NCBI GenBank assembly: GCA_001662655.1
Contig: KV460220.1
Length of the DNA: 64,000 nucleotides
From: Pseudogymnoascus verrucosus
Lineage: Eukaryota
Direction: 5' to 3' (one strand)
In this document: in pieces, positions 48,604-60,998 of the stretch
Layout: each line of letters starts with the position of its first letter
Position numbering within the stretch: position 1 is the stretch's first letter
Program-made: the position numbers and the translations under genes
Notes under the pieces: generated by a model
Told to the model about the DNA's origin: nothing
Databases searched by the model: none
Seen by the model: the letters and a program-made list of their open reading frames with translations, nothing else

Positions 48604-50274
48604 ATGGCTGATCAAAACATTCAATTCGTAGGGGATGCGAAATCGACTGCACCTTCAGCGACCCATTCAGATAAGCCAGCTACAGAGATGGTAGAGACGA
48701 TGCCGGTCACTCTAACAGAAGAAGACGTATGTTAATTACATACCCCATCAAAGAAACTCGCTGAACTCTCCTAGAATACTCGAATCAGGAGAAAAACTGA
48801 TAGAGTCATCTTGGCTCTATTGACCTGGGTCTACTTCTTGCAAGTTTTGGATAAGGCCGTCCTTGGAACTGGGGCGGTTTTCGATCTCGCGAAGAATGCC
48901 AACCTCACGGGTCATCAGTATTCCCTAATCGGGTCGATTTCGCCAATAGCGCAGTTAGCATGGCAGCCGTTCTCGGCCTGGCTGATTGTGAAGGTGCCGC
49001 ATCGCACATTAATGCCAATTCTGATTCTCGGTTGGGGTATTGCGGAAGCATCTATGGCTGCGTGTAGTTCCTTCTCTGGGTTGATCGCCTGCCGTTTCTT
49101 CCTCGGCCTTTTTGAGGCCGGCTGCATGCCTCTATTTGCGATCATCACAAGCCAGTGGTACCGTCGTGTCGAACAACCATTTAGAGTCTCTATCTGGTAT
49201 TCCACAAATGGTATATCGACGATAGTGTCTTCTGCGTTGTCTTATGGCCTTGGCCGTATTGTATCCAACGTGTTGTATCCGTGGCAAATGTAGGTTGTCC
49301 CCATCCACCGGCCACCATGAATACCTTGCTAATATCAACGCAGAATTTTCCTTTTCTGTGGACTTGTCACTATTATAACGGCTCCATTCGTCTACTGGAA
49401 ACTGGATAACGATATCGCGACAGCCCGTTTCCTTACCGAGGAGGAACGCCAACAAGGCATCGAACGCCTTCGGACAAACAATACTGGTGTTGAAGACTTC
49501 CACCAGTTTAAGTGGTCGCACGTTTTGGAAGCGGCTCTAGACCTGAAGACCTGGCTGTGGCTTGTGCTGGCCATGCTGCCGAACCTCGGGTCGGCTTTGA
49601 CGAGTGTCTTTGGGCCGCTCATTATTACTGGCTTTGGGTTCGATAAATTCCAGACATTGCTGCTGAACATTCCTTTCGGAGCCGTCCAAACGCTCGTGAT
49701 CATCGCTTCCTGCTGGGTAGCCAACAAGGCGAAGCTCAAGGGTGTTATCCTGCTTGGCTTCATGTTACCTGTGGTGGTTGGAACTGGGATGCTTTACGGG
49801 CTAAACCGGAATGCATCGGATCGACCAGCGCTACTCGTGGCGTACTATCTCACGGCCTTCTTGTTTGCAGCGAATCCCCTACTTCTCGTGTGGGTCGTCG
49901 GAAACACTGCTGGAGAGACCAAGAAATCCGTTACTCTCTCGCTATACCAGGCTGGTTCGTCTGCTGGAGCCCTTATCGGTCCGCTTCTATTTAGCGCAGA
50001 CCAGAAGCCAGAATATCGCCCCGGAATTGCGGGTGTTCTTGGTGTTTTTGTCGCCATGATTGTGGTCATCGTGCTGCAGCTCTTCCTCCTGATATACCTG
50101 AACAAGCAACAGGTGAAGAGGAGAATCGCAAACGGGAAGAGTGGCGTTATTGTTGATCGGTCTATGACAACCGAAGTTCATACTGATGGGAAGACTCGGG
50201 ACTTGCTGGCTGAGGAGATATTGCCCATGGACTTAACGGATAAGCAGAACGATGAGTTTGTGTATATTTACTGA
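48604..50274 (+). CDS. MFS anion:cation symporter, allantoate permease (Dal5)-like, 3 exons
   Basis: RRKTDRVIL, YFLQVLDK, RFFLGLFEAG, WYRRVEQPFR, ARFLTEEER, NTAGETKK, C-terminal DLTDKQNDEFVYIY. Introns 48727-48774 and 49290-49343. Confidence 0.9.
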
Positions 50275-51067
50275 TGGGAATGATTTGGACGAGGCAGGAA
50301 CTCGTAGGAGTGGGAGGCGCGAGAAATATATCCGCTGTATTTACTTTTATTACATTCAATATGAATCACCGAACTCTTATTATATCCACTTTATTGCCTA
50401 ATTAGTACTTGCAAAAAAGCCCAGGGTCAATACTGTATGTGGCTGGGTTCTGTAATCTTAAGAATGCTGGAGTGAACTTGGCACCGTCTTCGCCCCATTC
50501 TGCGTAATTTCTATCTAATTCCGACCAAGGAGATGTTACAGTGTAGCATTGAAATGCAATATGAACTGTTCTGGTGCCAATATCCATTTTTATGTTTGAG
50601 AATTGAATTATTCTTCCAAGTCAAATGGATGGGCTACCAAAATAGGACATAGAAATCGGAGGAAGGGGATGCACGGTTAACCCATGGAGGTGTGGTGATA
50701 AGGGCCATGTGGCGAAACATCCACCCGTTAACATCCACCGATTACGCGTCACTAGTGAGTAGTACAATCAGCCCACAAACTGGGTGTACCCCGCGGGGGC
50801 GGGTTGGTTGTCATCAAGTTGTCGTGCACGCGACCTGCGTTGTGTGAACCGAAGCGATGACTTCCCCACGCACTGTCCCCCATCCGATCGCTTAAAAGCC
50901 GATCGCATCGGGAATATGATAACCACCACCATCGGGTCCAAGGAAGTTGCGCATATACAGCACTGGAAGTATTGTAAATAGACTACATATATGATGCAGT
51001 GCTGCTCGTAGATAATCAATAACCACTATCATCCAAACATATTACATATATACTATATTCTTAAACT

Positions 51068-52143
51068 ATGGCTTCTGCCTTAAAATCATACCCTCCGGGG
51101 ATCCACGCCCCTACCGTGACATTCTTCCTTCAGGGAGAACAACAGGAGATTGATTGGGCGACCCAAGAAAAGCATCTCGCGTACTTGGTCAAGGCTGGCG
51201 TACATGGCAGTATGTTTGCTTCCGCATGATATAACACTATTACTAGACGAGTAGAGCTGATTTATTATAGTTGTTGTCGCCGGCTCAAGTGGTGAATCGT
51301 GTGCGCTTACTTTGGCCGAGAAGGGCGAGTTGGTCAAGAGGACCCGTGAGGCAGCAAAGGCAAACGGAAACCCAAATCTCCCCATCACCGTGGGCTGCTT
51401 AGGCGGCAGCACCAGAGACATTCTCGAGCAGACTATAACTGGGCACAAGAACGGCGCCGATTTTGCCCTGGTGTTGGTACCGAGCACATTCCACTGGTCG
51501 ATGACCAAGAAGGCCATCGTCGACTTCTTCGAGGATGTTGGCGACCGCTCCCCAATCCCCATTATAATCTACAACTTCCCGAATCTGCTGTCAGGGCTGG
51601 ATGTAGACTCGGAAATGTTGGAGAAACTTAGCGCCCACCCGAACATCTGTGGTGTCAAATTGACCTGCGGAAACATCTCAAAAATGACGAGAGTCGCAGC
51701 ACTGAACCCGCCGAGTCAATTCGCGGCTGTGTCCGGACAAAGCGACTTAATTGTCTCTGCGTTGGCTGGTGGAGGAGCAGGTACTATCTCAGGTGTTGTA
51801 AACCTGTTCCCAAAGGTAAGTCCAGACAACCACCAAGGTAGCTAGTTTCGGTTACTAACGCATTTCGCAGGTCCTGATTGAAATTTATAATCTTTACAAC
51901 GCTGGAAAGCTTTCGGAGGCGATTGCGCTGCAGAAGAAGGTTTCCGGACCTGAATGGGGAATTGGAACGTCCGATGTCAGCGGCATGAAGTGGATTATCG
52001 CACAGGAGCGTGGCTATCCGGAGTCGAGCCGTGACTGTCGCCGACCATTCCCCAAGTTTGACGATCCGGCGAAGAGAGAGCGTGTACAGAAGTACGTCGC
52101 GCCGCTTCTCGCGCTCGAGCAGGAGCTGTATTTGAAAAATTAA
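51068..52143 (+). CDS. DHDPS/NAL-family class I aldolase (HOGA / 2-keto-3-deoxy sugar-acid aldolase-like), 3 exons
   Basis: PPGIHAPTVTFF, VAGSSGE, IIIYNFP, Schiff-base Lys in GVKLTCG, GTISGVVNLFPK. Introns 51210-51270 and 51815-51870. Confidence 0.88.
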
Positions 52144-52243
52144 ATAGCGATCAAAGACTGTATCATTTTTGCGGTAGATGATAAGCAAAATGAAAGAAAT
52201 TCATCCTGTTTGAGATTTCCCACTTCAAAAAGCAGGGATAACA

Positions 52244-54025
52244 TTAAATTATCGCAAAGTTAACGTTGAACAACTCTAAGCATACAGACCGAATATCGAC
52301 GCGGGTCCCTGCCTCTCGCTGCCTTCTTTGAATCTCTTGTAGTACATCCGCCGTCATATTCGCATTGCTGGCAACATGTTGGAGACTACGAATCGTCTCA
52401 AGGAGCCATTTACACTCGTCATAATCGTCCTCCTCGCTACCCCATAGGAATAACGGCCATAACATATTAACTGGTATAGATTCGTTACTGTTGACCATGA
52501 GATGCACTATTTCCTTAATTTTGCATAGCGCTGTATCCACCGCTTTCGAACGATCCAAGTGGCGATGGGCGACTCTATGGAGGTGAATGTAGCAGACGTA
52601 AAAGTTGGCAAGATATGTCCGGTATGAGCGAATGATGACCGACGCGAGTGGCCCAGCGAGAGTGTCACTATTGATATTTCCTGATACAGCATGATCCATA
52701 AGCGCAGGCCTCGTATCATATATAGAAGACAGATCCTTCAAAATACCGGCCGCAATAGCCATCACTTCAGTCTCGTCCTCCACACTCCCTCGGCTGCGGT
52801 GACCATGGGCAATTCTAGCTATGCGGCCCGTAATGGTCTGGACTTCTTGGAAGAAGGCGATCCCGGGCTGGCATAGCATGTCATATATAACCTCATGCGG
52901 CCCGGAGTCTGGGGGGGGACTTGGACTGGATGGATAAATTCCAGATGTATCATTTACCAAGAGTCCTTCCCCACCAGTCAGTGCCGCCCGGGCATCTGAC
53001 CATCGGATCCAAGAGATGATTCTCTGTTCTAATGGGGCGATTGTTAGCACGAATAGAATTAGGTTAGCGAGAACGTTCTTCTACGAACCTAAAGAGCCCA
53101 GGGCACCCCTGCTTGACGTCTGCAGCGCCTTATGCGCCTTTGCAAGATTCAAGTAGGCTAAATCCAGCCGGCCAGTTAAAAACTCCAGAAATGGTCAGCG
53201 AAAGTAAACAATAGATCCACAAGGATTCAATAGACTGACATTTACGTATGTAAGAAAGAAGATAGTGGTCAGAACGTATCTAAGTTCATTACTGTTGACT
53301 GCCAGGCTTCCCCCGGATTTGTGAAATCTTGCTGATAGTTCATTTGCAGCTTTATCGTAGTATGTCTGATAATCCACTTGTTTCCCCCTGGTATAAAACT
53401 GGACGGCGGCGAACGCCGCCATCGCATAACGAACCATAGGAGATGAGGTTGCCATACTGTCAAACAGTGCTCGCAGAGAAGCACATATCGGACCGTTTTC
53501 GACAGGATCTAAAATCGGCGTCGCATGTAATAGTAGCGAGTATTCCTCGTCTACATTGGTAACTAGGGACTGTGGCAGGGACTGTGGTGGGGACTGTGCC
53601 GCTGCAAGAGGTGAACCCTGGCTATCTAGGTCGGTAGATCGCTCATGCAAGGCGAGTCCCGGCACAATAGAGTCACCAAAGTCGGGAAGATATATATCTT
53701 CAATGAAAGAAAATCCCGGCGGGGGATCCGTCATGGATTGTGCGAAGTCAAAGAGGTCAGCAGAAGGAGACAGCCAGTCATCCTCCAATGACGTGGCGTC
53801 AATCCCCGGGGGATCTCCTGCTGCCGCATTCGTCGGTGGTGGTCGCTGCTGTACGGTGTCTTTCCACACACATTCTAGATTCAGGCGCTGGCAGTGGTAG
53901 CACTGGGGTCTCTGCTCATTGCATCGGACCTTTCTTTTTTTGCAAACCAGACACCCATTTCGCGACCGCTGAGGATGAACCCGAGGGTGGCTAGCACCGC
54001 GAGAGAGAAGAGGTAGAGAGCTCAT
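52244..54025 (-). CDS. Zn(II)2Cys6 transcription factor with Fungal_trans_2-type C-terminus (TF1), 3 exons
   Basis: RSRNGCLVCKKRKVRCNEQRPQCYHCQRLNLECVW, C-terminal LWPLFLWGSE. Introns 53239-53183 and 53088-53029. Confidence 0.9.
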
Positions 54026-54882
54026 AATTCTATTCCAGGAAAGACAATGAGGGATAGAAGGAAACAAGGTCGCTGATGCTATGATGGAGGTTCATGAGTG
54101 ACCCCGCTTTCTTAGTCGCGGCGGCGTCGTTCCGGAACTCCCCCCTTATCAACCCCCGCGATAGCACAGTGGGGTTACCAAGACAGGAGCGGAGCGCACC
54201 CATATTCACTTTCACCGCCTAACATACACCGCCCTATCAATTCAGTAAACTAATAGTAAATTCGGCAGAATATTAGCCTATTTGTCTAACTATAGCTAGT
54301 GTGGAAGTGGAAATGCTTGAATGGTTGTAACCCGCAGACCAAGATCAGCCTCTAACCTCCCAAACCGTTATTGGCGATTTATTTTGATTTTCTCACATAA
54401 AAGTCTTGCGGCCTCTATGAGTTTGGTATTTTGGCTTCATCAGCAGCAGAATATGAACACCTATGCTCTAGCGCATATCCTACTCCAATTACCCAACTAT
54501 CGCATGCTTGTTTGCTAATGTTGCTATCGCCCCTCTTCCCCCCTTTAAGTGGGACCAACAATATTACCGTAATAGGAAGTTGAGTTATCAGTCCCCACTT
54601 CCCCGCGCTATTCACAGCCACCCCTGCTTAGCGTCAATTGGGCCACATGGACCCGATCGCTTACTTTCCCAAAGAGTTTCCGAGCCGATCGGGTTGTCAA
54701 CCCGATAATGTGCACTCGGTGAGTAGTAGTGGCAATGGTACAGTTCCTCTGTACTATCACTCTACCCCACCTGGGAATTTATAAAAGATGTTGTCTGCGA
54801 TGTTGCTCAGCTTTAACATTTTAATTATTGTCAGCAAAAATCTATCCCAGAATCCTCAACTCATCAATTTCTATCATTAACC

Positions 54883-56119
54883 ATGGCAGCTCTTCCAGAA
54901 GGCGTTGCAAAGTCGTTGGAGGAGACGAAGGTCGAGTATAAGCGTGTGGGAAACAGTGGTCTCCGGGTGTCGTCTCCAATTATTGGGTGTATGAGCATTG
55001 GAAACCCGGAGTGGGCAAACTGGGTGGCAGGGCCAGAAAAGGCCCTCCCACTCTTGAAAGCGGCATATGACCGAGGAATTAACACCGTTCGTCTTCTGCT
55101 CTCCGTTTAAAGAAAAATAATATTAACTCGAGGTAGTGGGATACAGCAAATATCTATTCCAATGGAGATTCTGAGAGAGTTATCGCTCAGGCGATCAAGA
55201 AATACGATATCCCACGTCACAAGTTGGTGCTGATGACGAAGGCATTTAGCTGCGTTGGAGAGCAGCAGTTTCACGCATACCCAATCCTGGATGAATTGAG
55301 GAGGACCAAGGACTACGTTAACCAGTTCGGTCTTTCGAGGACAGCGATTTTTACTGCACTGGACGCGTCCCTCAAGCGTTTGGAGACAGATTACATAGAT
55401 TTCTTCTGGATTCATCGTTTCGACCCAGATACGCCAATTGAGGAGACTATGCGTGCTCTTCATGACCTCGTCACTGCGGGGAAGATCCGTTACATTGGAG
55501 CTTCGTCCATGTGGACATACCAATTTGCCTCCATGCAGTTCTGCGCGGAAAAGAACGGGTGGACAAAATTCGTTGCCATGCAAGTATGTATAAACTATGG
55601 ACATCCAGTATGTTGAGCGATTTGAAGTGCTAATATCCGAACAGAACCGTTACAACCTACTGTACCGCGAAGAAGAGCGCGAGATGATTAAATTTTGCAA
55701 CGAAACAAACGTGGCTGTCATCCCAGTAAGTAAATATCATTTACTACTTCCACTACGTGGGCTCGTTGTTGCATGTTCTAACAATTGTCTGTCAGTGGGG
55801 TCCTCTTGCAGAAGGACAGCTTGCGCGCCCATTGCAAGTTCGCGGAACAACTACGCGTTCCGAAGGCTCCCCGCCCCTACGCAAAGAGTCCACGGAAATC
55901 ATCAACAGAGTAGAGGAACTGGCAAAGAAGAAGGGGTGGACTATGGCCCAGGTTACGCTCGCATGGACCATGAAGCGAGTAACGACTCCTATTATTGGCT
56001 TTAGCAGCGTCGAGAGGATCGAGGATGCTTTATCGGCACGCGGAAAAGAGCTTACACCTGAAGAAGAGAAATACTTGGAGGAAGTTTATACTCCTATGGA
56101 GATTGAGGGTCATTTCTAA
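54883..56119 (+). CDS. Aldo-keto reductase (aryl-alcohol dehydrogenase / Kv-beta-like subfamily), 4 exons
   Basis: [66 protein letters not shown]. Introns about 55087-55136, 55584-55644, 55726-55795. Confidence 0.92.
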
Positions 56120-57180
56120 GAGCATAGGTTTCCTGTTTTCTTCCTCGAGAGCTGCATAGTCGTGCCCTCTGCTTGTATGGCTATTCATAGTTTTTTACGC
56201 ATAGCATTTAGATAGATATTAGCCTATTACAAAAGTAAAATATTCATATAATCACGCAAGATTGTTCAGAGGATGCGAAACTCGAAGTTTTATTGTTTTG
56301 TCTCGTAACATAAACCAAACAACCTTTCTATGTCACCAACTGGTCTTTGTGGTAGATTATACGATTTGTATCAAAAGCCCATATCTATCATAGGAATCTT
56401 ACACTTCCAATTAGTAGCATGCCGTTATAATATATGGTATGTGCTGCACATAATATGATAAATGATCATTTACCGGTGTGCTTGTTTTGATATTGAAATT
56501 TGCATAATACTACAAGTAATAAAGCCAAGAGAATACAGATATTAAATTATGTGCAAATAGAGGTCAACAGCCACAGTTCTCACTTCGCGAGCTTATCAAA
56601 AAGCTTCTCTCATAATGCCAGGTGAGACAAGTTTGACCTATTCTCAGTTGCCTAGGTGGGTAAATATTTGCGACCCCAGTGTAATTTTACCCGTTAAGGG
56701 AATCCGCTCTCCTGCTGCCAGCATCCGACAGCGAGTGTCTTCATGGAGGTAACAATCTACGGTGGTCCCTGGCCCACATACCCGATTAGGCATTCTTGTC
56801 GTATGAATAACCTGGGGCGACGACAGTGGGTCCGCGCTAAACGAAGGGTACACTTCGTGGGGCATCACAACCAGGAGGGGCATGAATTGCCTGTATAAGT
56901 CTTGTTATGACAATTAAAAGACTAATTAGAGTTAAACATCAACAGTTTCCACACCCTGTTAAGCAGATCTAAAGCAATGGGCCACTTGCGTTATTAGGTA
57001 TTACTATTTCGAGCTATCTCAATTGTGGAGACCTTTACCTGCCCTCGTAACAATAAATCGGCCACAACGCCCCTCCATCATATAATAAGCAACTTTCTGG
57101 CATTTACCCCTCCTTCACGATAAGCATCTCCAAACCTTCATTTCACTTTACCATTCATATCACAATTCAACGAAGTCAAA

Positions 57181-58179
57181 ATGGCTACCATGGAGAAAGT
57201 ATTCGCTGGCTACAATGCGCGACAGAGCGTTTTAAACGCGAGCAGCAACCCTCTTTCGAAAGGGATTGCCTGGATCGAAGGAGAGCTCGTTCCGCTCGCC
57301 GAGGCTCGCATCCCGCTTCTCGATCAAGGTTTCATGCACAGCGATCTGACCTACGATGTTCCATCTGTCTGGGATGGGCGCTTCTTCCGCCTCGACGACC
57401 ACATCACAAGACTGGAGGCCAGCTGCACAAAACTGAGACTGAAGCTTCCTCTACCCCGAGAGGAGGTAAAGCAAATCTTGGTAGATATGGTCGCTAAGAG
57501 TGGCATTCGCGACGCCTTTGTCGAGCTCATCGTCACCCGCGGACTTAAAGGTGTCCGTGGAAACAAGCCAGCCGACCTAAAGAACAACCTCTACATGTTC
57601 ATCCAGCCTTACGTTTGGGTAATGGAACCCAAAGCCCAGCCTACCGGTGGCAGCGCCATTATCGCCCGTACTGTGAGGCGAGTTCCGCCTGGATCCATCG
57701 ACCCAACGATCAAGAACTTGCAATGGGGAGATCTCGTGCGCGGCATGTTGGAGGCGGAGGATCGTGGAGCCGATTATCCCTTCCTGACAGACGGAGACGC
57801 CAATCTCACTGAGGGATCGGGTTTCAACATTGTCCTGGTCAAGGATAACGTCCTCTACACCCCAGATCGCGGTGTTCTCCAGGGCGTTACTCGCAAGAGC
57901 GTTATCGATTCCGCCAAGGCCGCTGGCTACGAGATCCGCGTTGAGTATGTGCCCGTTGAGTTGGCCTTCCAAAGCGACGAAATATTCATGTGCACAACTG
58001 CCGGTGGCATTATGCCTATCGTAACTCTCGATGGCAAGTCTATCAATGGCGGCAAGGTTGGCCCTGTCACGAAGGCGATTTGGGATGGGTACTGGGCGAT
58101 GCATTACGATTCCGCATACAGCTTCGAGATCAACTATGAACAGAACAAGACAAACGGTGTGAACGGTTCAGCGAAATAA
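57181..58179 (+). CDS. (R)-selective amine transaminase (PLP fold type IV), intronless
   Basis: [28 protein letters not shown] Lys in [26 protein letters not shown]. Very similar to my recollection of the Aspergillus terreus (R)-omega-transaminase. Confidence 0.92.
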   Translation: MATMEKVFAGYNARQSVLNASSNPLSKGIAWIEGELVPLAEARIPLLDQGFMHSDLTYDVPSVWDGRFFRLDDHITRLEASCTKLRLKLPLPREEVKQILVDMVAKSGIRDAFVELIVTRGLKGVRGNKPADLKNNLYMFIQPYVWVMEPKAQPTGGSAIIARTVRRVPPGSIDPTIKNLQWGDLVRGMLEAEDRGADYPFLTDGDANLTEGSGFNIVLVKDNVLYTPDRGVLQGVTRKSVIDSAKAAGYEIRVEYVPVELAFQSDEIFMCTTAGGIMPIVTLDGKSINGGKVGPVTKAIWDGYWAMHYDSAYSFEINYEQNKTNGVNGSAK

Positions 58180-59093
58180 TGTGCTGGGCTTTCAAGGCCG
58201 TGCCTGATCGAATTTAGCTTCAATGTTTATTTTAAGTTAGGAGTTATAATAATATGAGGTATTAAAAAGAGTTTGTGCTATTATAATATTTTGTGCCGAG
58301 AATATAAATTAGTGAAATCACCAGGCAACAGTTTGAGGGCCAATGTAATTCTGAAAAGTTCTAATGATTCGCTGTAAGAATAGCCTTACATCTATGTAGT
58401 GATCCACAGCATTTTTTACCATGTTTCTCAGCACCAATGCTGGGTAATTTCTGTACATTAATTAAAATGCAAAAGGTAGTGTTGGTCTAATTCCGAGGAA
58501 GCTCCCTTAATGGTTTTCCTCTTGCGTTAAAAACAGACCAAATAATAATGCTCCATAGGATGCAGTATTTTCTAAAATGCAATATAAAAATTGGTTGCGC
58601 GAATAGTAGGAGGATCCATGGAGTTGGAGAAAATGAGGGGTATCTCCAACTTTCGGCTAGCGCCGGACTGCCCCGACCGAGACCGGCTTGGTCGTACGTA
58701 ATAAAAAATCTGCAAGGCGAAAGTAAACACAACAGTCTAATATTAGATGACAAAAACAGCATGTCTGTTTTAAGCACTCTGAACTCCAAAAGTTGTTTGA
58801 ACAATGGTATTCCTATTCTGGAAAAAAAAAGAGTCCAATTTGGAGAAGGTATGAGAAAATTGGGTCTGATTTCCCAATTGGGTAGGCAAGCCGCCCCGCC
58901 ATGGCGGGGTCAAGGGCCCTATTATTACTCATGGATAAGTTCGTACGATCTTTAAAACAACTCCAAAGATTCGTCTCCAGCATAGCGATTTCTAGATTGA
59001 ATTTAAGGCGCCAATTGGACGGCTGTTTCTCTGATCTTGTTCGCCATATTTTCTTCACTCTCGACAGCTTGAACCTTCTTGCCCATACCCGCC

Positions 59094-60380
59094 ATGGCCT
59101 CATTTAATTCGAGCGATAGCATTGTTATTGTTGGGTAAGTTTTCGAACGGCATTTGGACAATATTTTCTTCAAGGTACTGACTATTTGGAGTGCGGGCAT
59201 CGTTGGCCTCAATGTTGCTTTAGTTCTCGCCGAGAGAGGATATGGACAGTCGATAACTGTCATTGCCGAGCACCATCCGGGTGACACATCTATGACATAC
59301 ACATCGCCATGGTGAGTTTTCTATGGAAATGAATGATACTCCAGCTATGCTAATATCTCATCAGGGCGGGTTGCAATTTCTCTGCCATTTCTGGGAGTGA
59401 CGCCAACGCGTTGAAGTGGGATCGACTGGGTTACTCCCATCTCACCAAGCTCGCATCTGAGCGACCCGATGAGACTTTCGTTCACCGGACTCCATCGACT
59501 GAGTTATGGGACGAGAATGTCCCCCATGATAAAATTAAGGCCATGTCAGAGTACCTCGAAGACGTAAGGTCGCAATTCTCCTGGGCCATCGGGACTGTAC
59601 TAACTGGCCGCAGTTCAGAATTTTACCCGAAGAAGAGCTCCCTGAGCAGGTCAAATTTGCAGTCTCCTTCACTACATTAACCATTAATGCGCCTAATCAC
59701 CTTCAGTACCTCTACAACAGATTAAAACAGTATGGCGTGCAATTCTTACGACAGAAGATCCCCAGCATTCTATCAGCATTTGCGAGTCCGACGACCAAGG
59801 TCGTGTTTAACTGCATCGGTAACGCAGCAAAGACGTTGCCAGGTGTTGAAGATGCCAAGTGCTATCCAACCAGGGGCCAGGTTGTTCTGGTCAGGGCGCC
59901 TCAGGTCCGATCCAATGTTATGCGTCATGGCAAAGATTATGAGACATACGTGATTCCTCGCCCAGGATCCGATGGGAATGTTATTCTTGGTGGCTATATG
60001 CAAAAGGGGGTTGGGTAATATTAGACAAGTCCTGACAATGACCAGTCGCTAATGAAACTCTCAGTGACGGGGCAACTTACTCATATGAGACGGAGTCCAT
60101 TTTGGATCGCACTACACGGCTGAGCTCCGAGCTTCGTGAAATGGAGCCTCAAATCCTGGCCGTCTTTGCTGGACTTCGGCCTTCTCGCGAAGGTGGGGCC
60201 CGCATAGAGAGAGACGAGCTCATTGTTGCCGGTGACAAGCGAGTTATTGTTCACAACTATGGTGCAGGTGGTACTGGGTTCCAAGCTGGCTACGGCATGG
60301 CTATGGAGGCTGTTAAGACTGTCGAGGACGTATTGCGGGAGATTCGAAAGAACGATACTCGGCCAAGGCCTAAGCTATAA
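59094..60380 (+). CDS. D-amino-acid oxidase family FAD oxidase with PTS1-like C-terminus, 5 exons
   Basis: Spliced IVIVGAGIVG, YTSPWAG, PTRGQVV, YVIPRP, ILGG, GLRPSREGG, HNYGAGGTGFQ. Ends in PKL. Introns about 59135-59191, 59312-59364, 59564-59612, 60015-60064. Confidence 0.9.
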
Positions 60381-60864
60381 ATAATATGGGACATATAGGT
60401 TTGTCGATAGTCTTGGGTTTCGTAGCCTTCAAAGACGAATAATTCATTGCATTTTGAATAATCCGGCTCTTCTACATTCCCATCTTCTTTCATTTGTTTC
60501 TCGCGTGAATCTCGAAGTGCACCGGCGACGAGCGAGATTACAGCGAAGTACAATATTCTTTATCTCATCACTAACATCTATCTCCTTAGTTGGGGACCCA
60601 TTGAAATAGCGCGCCGATAAGACAATTAACTGCTCAAATATGGGCTTGAAATATTATATAAGGGCGTTCTGGTGTGTCGTCACTTTGTTGGTAAGTTGCC
60701 AGAAAGCCACACCTTATCGACGACACCACTCTGTCCCTGTGGGACCTTGTTGTTCGCTATCGGTGAGGTAGGGTGACATCCGATATCCGATATATCCGAC
60801 ATCCGACGAAATAAGCGACATTGGCGACCCGCGACCCTTGCCTTGGCGACCCTTCCCTTGGCTA

Positions 60865-60916
60865 CCCTCCCCCGCATACTCCCCTTTCCCCGCATAATCA
60901 CCTCCCCCCGCATACT
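60865..60916. promoter_or_regulatory. Three tandem CCCCGCATA boxes (CreA/Mig1-type SYGGRG on the minus strand) upstream of TF2
   Basis: CCCCGCATA at about 60870, 60888 and 60906. Confidence 0.45.
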
Positions 60917-60998
60917 TGGAGATCGGTCTCCTATCTTCTCTTATCCCAATTCGCAATCGCAATTGCAAAAAACTACGACAGCGAAACCATCCACCACC

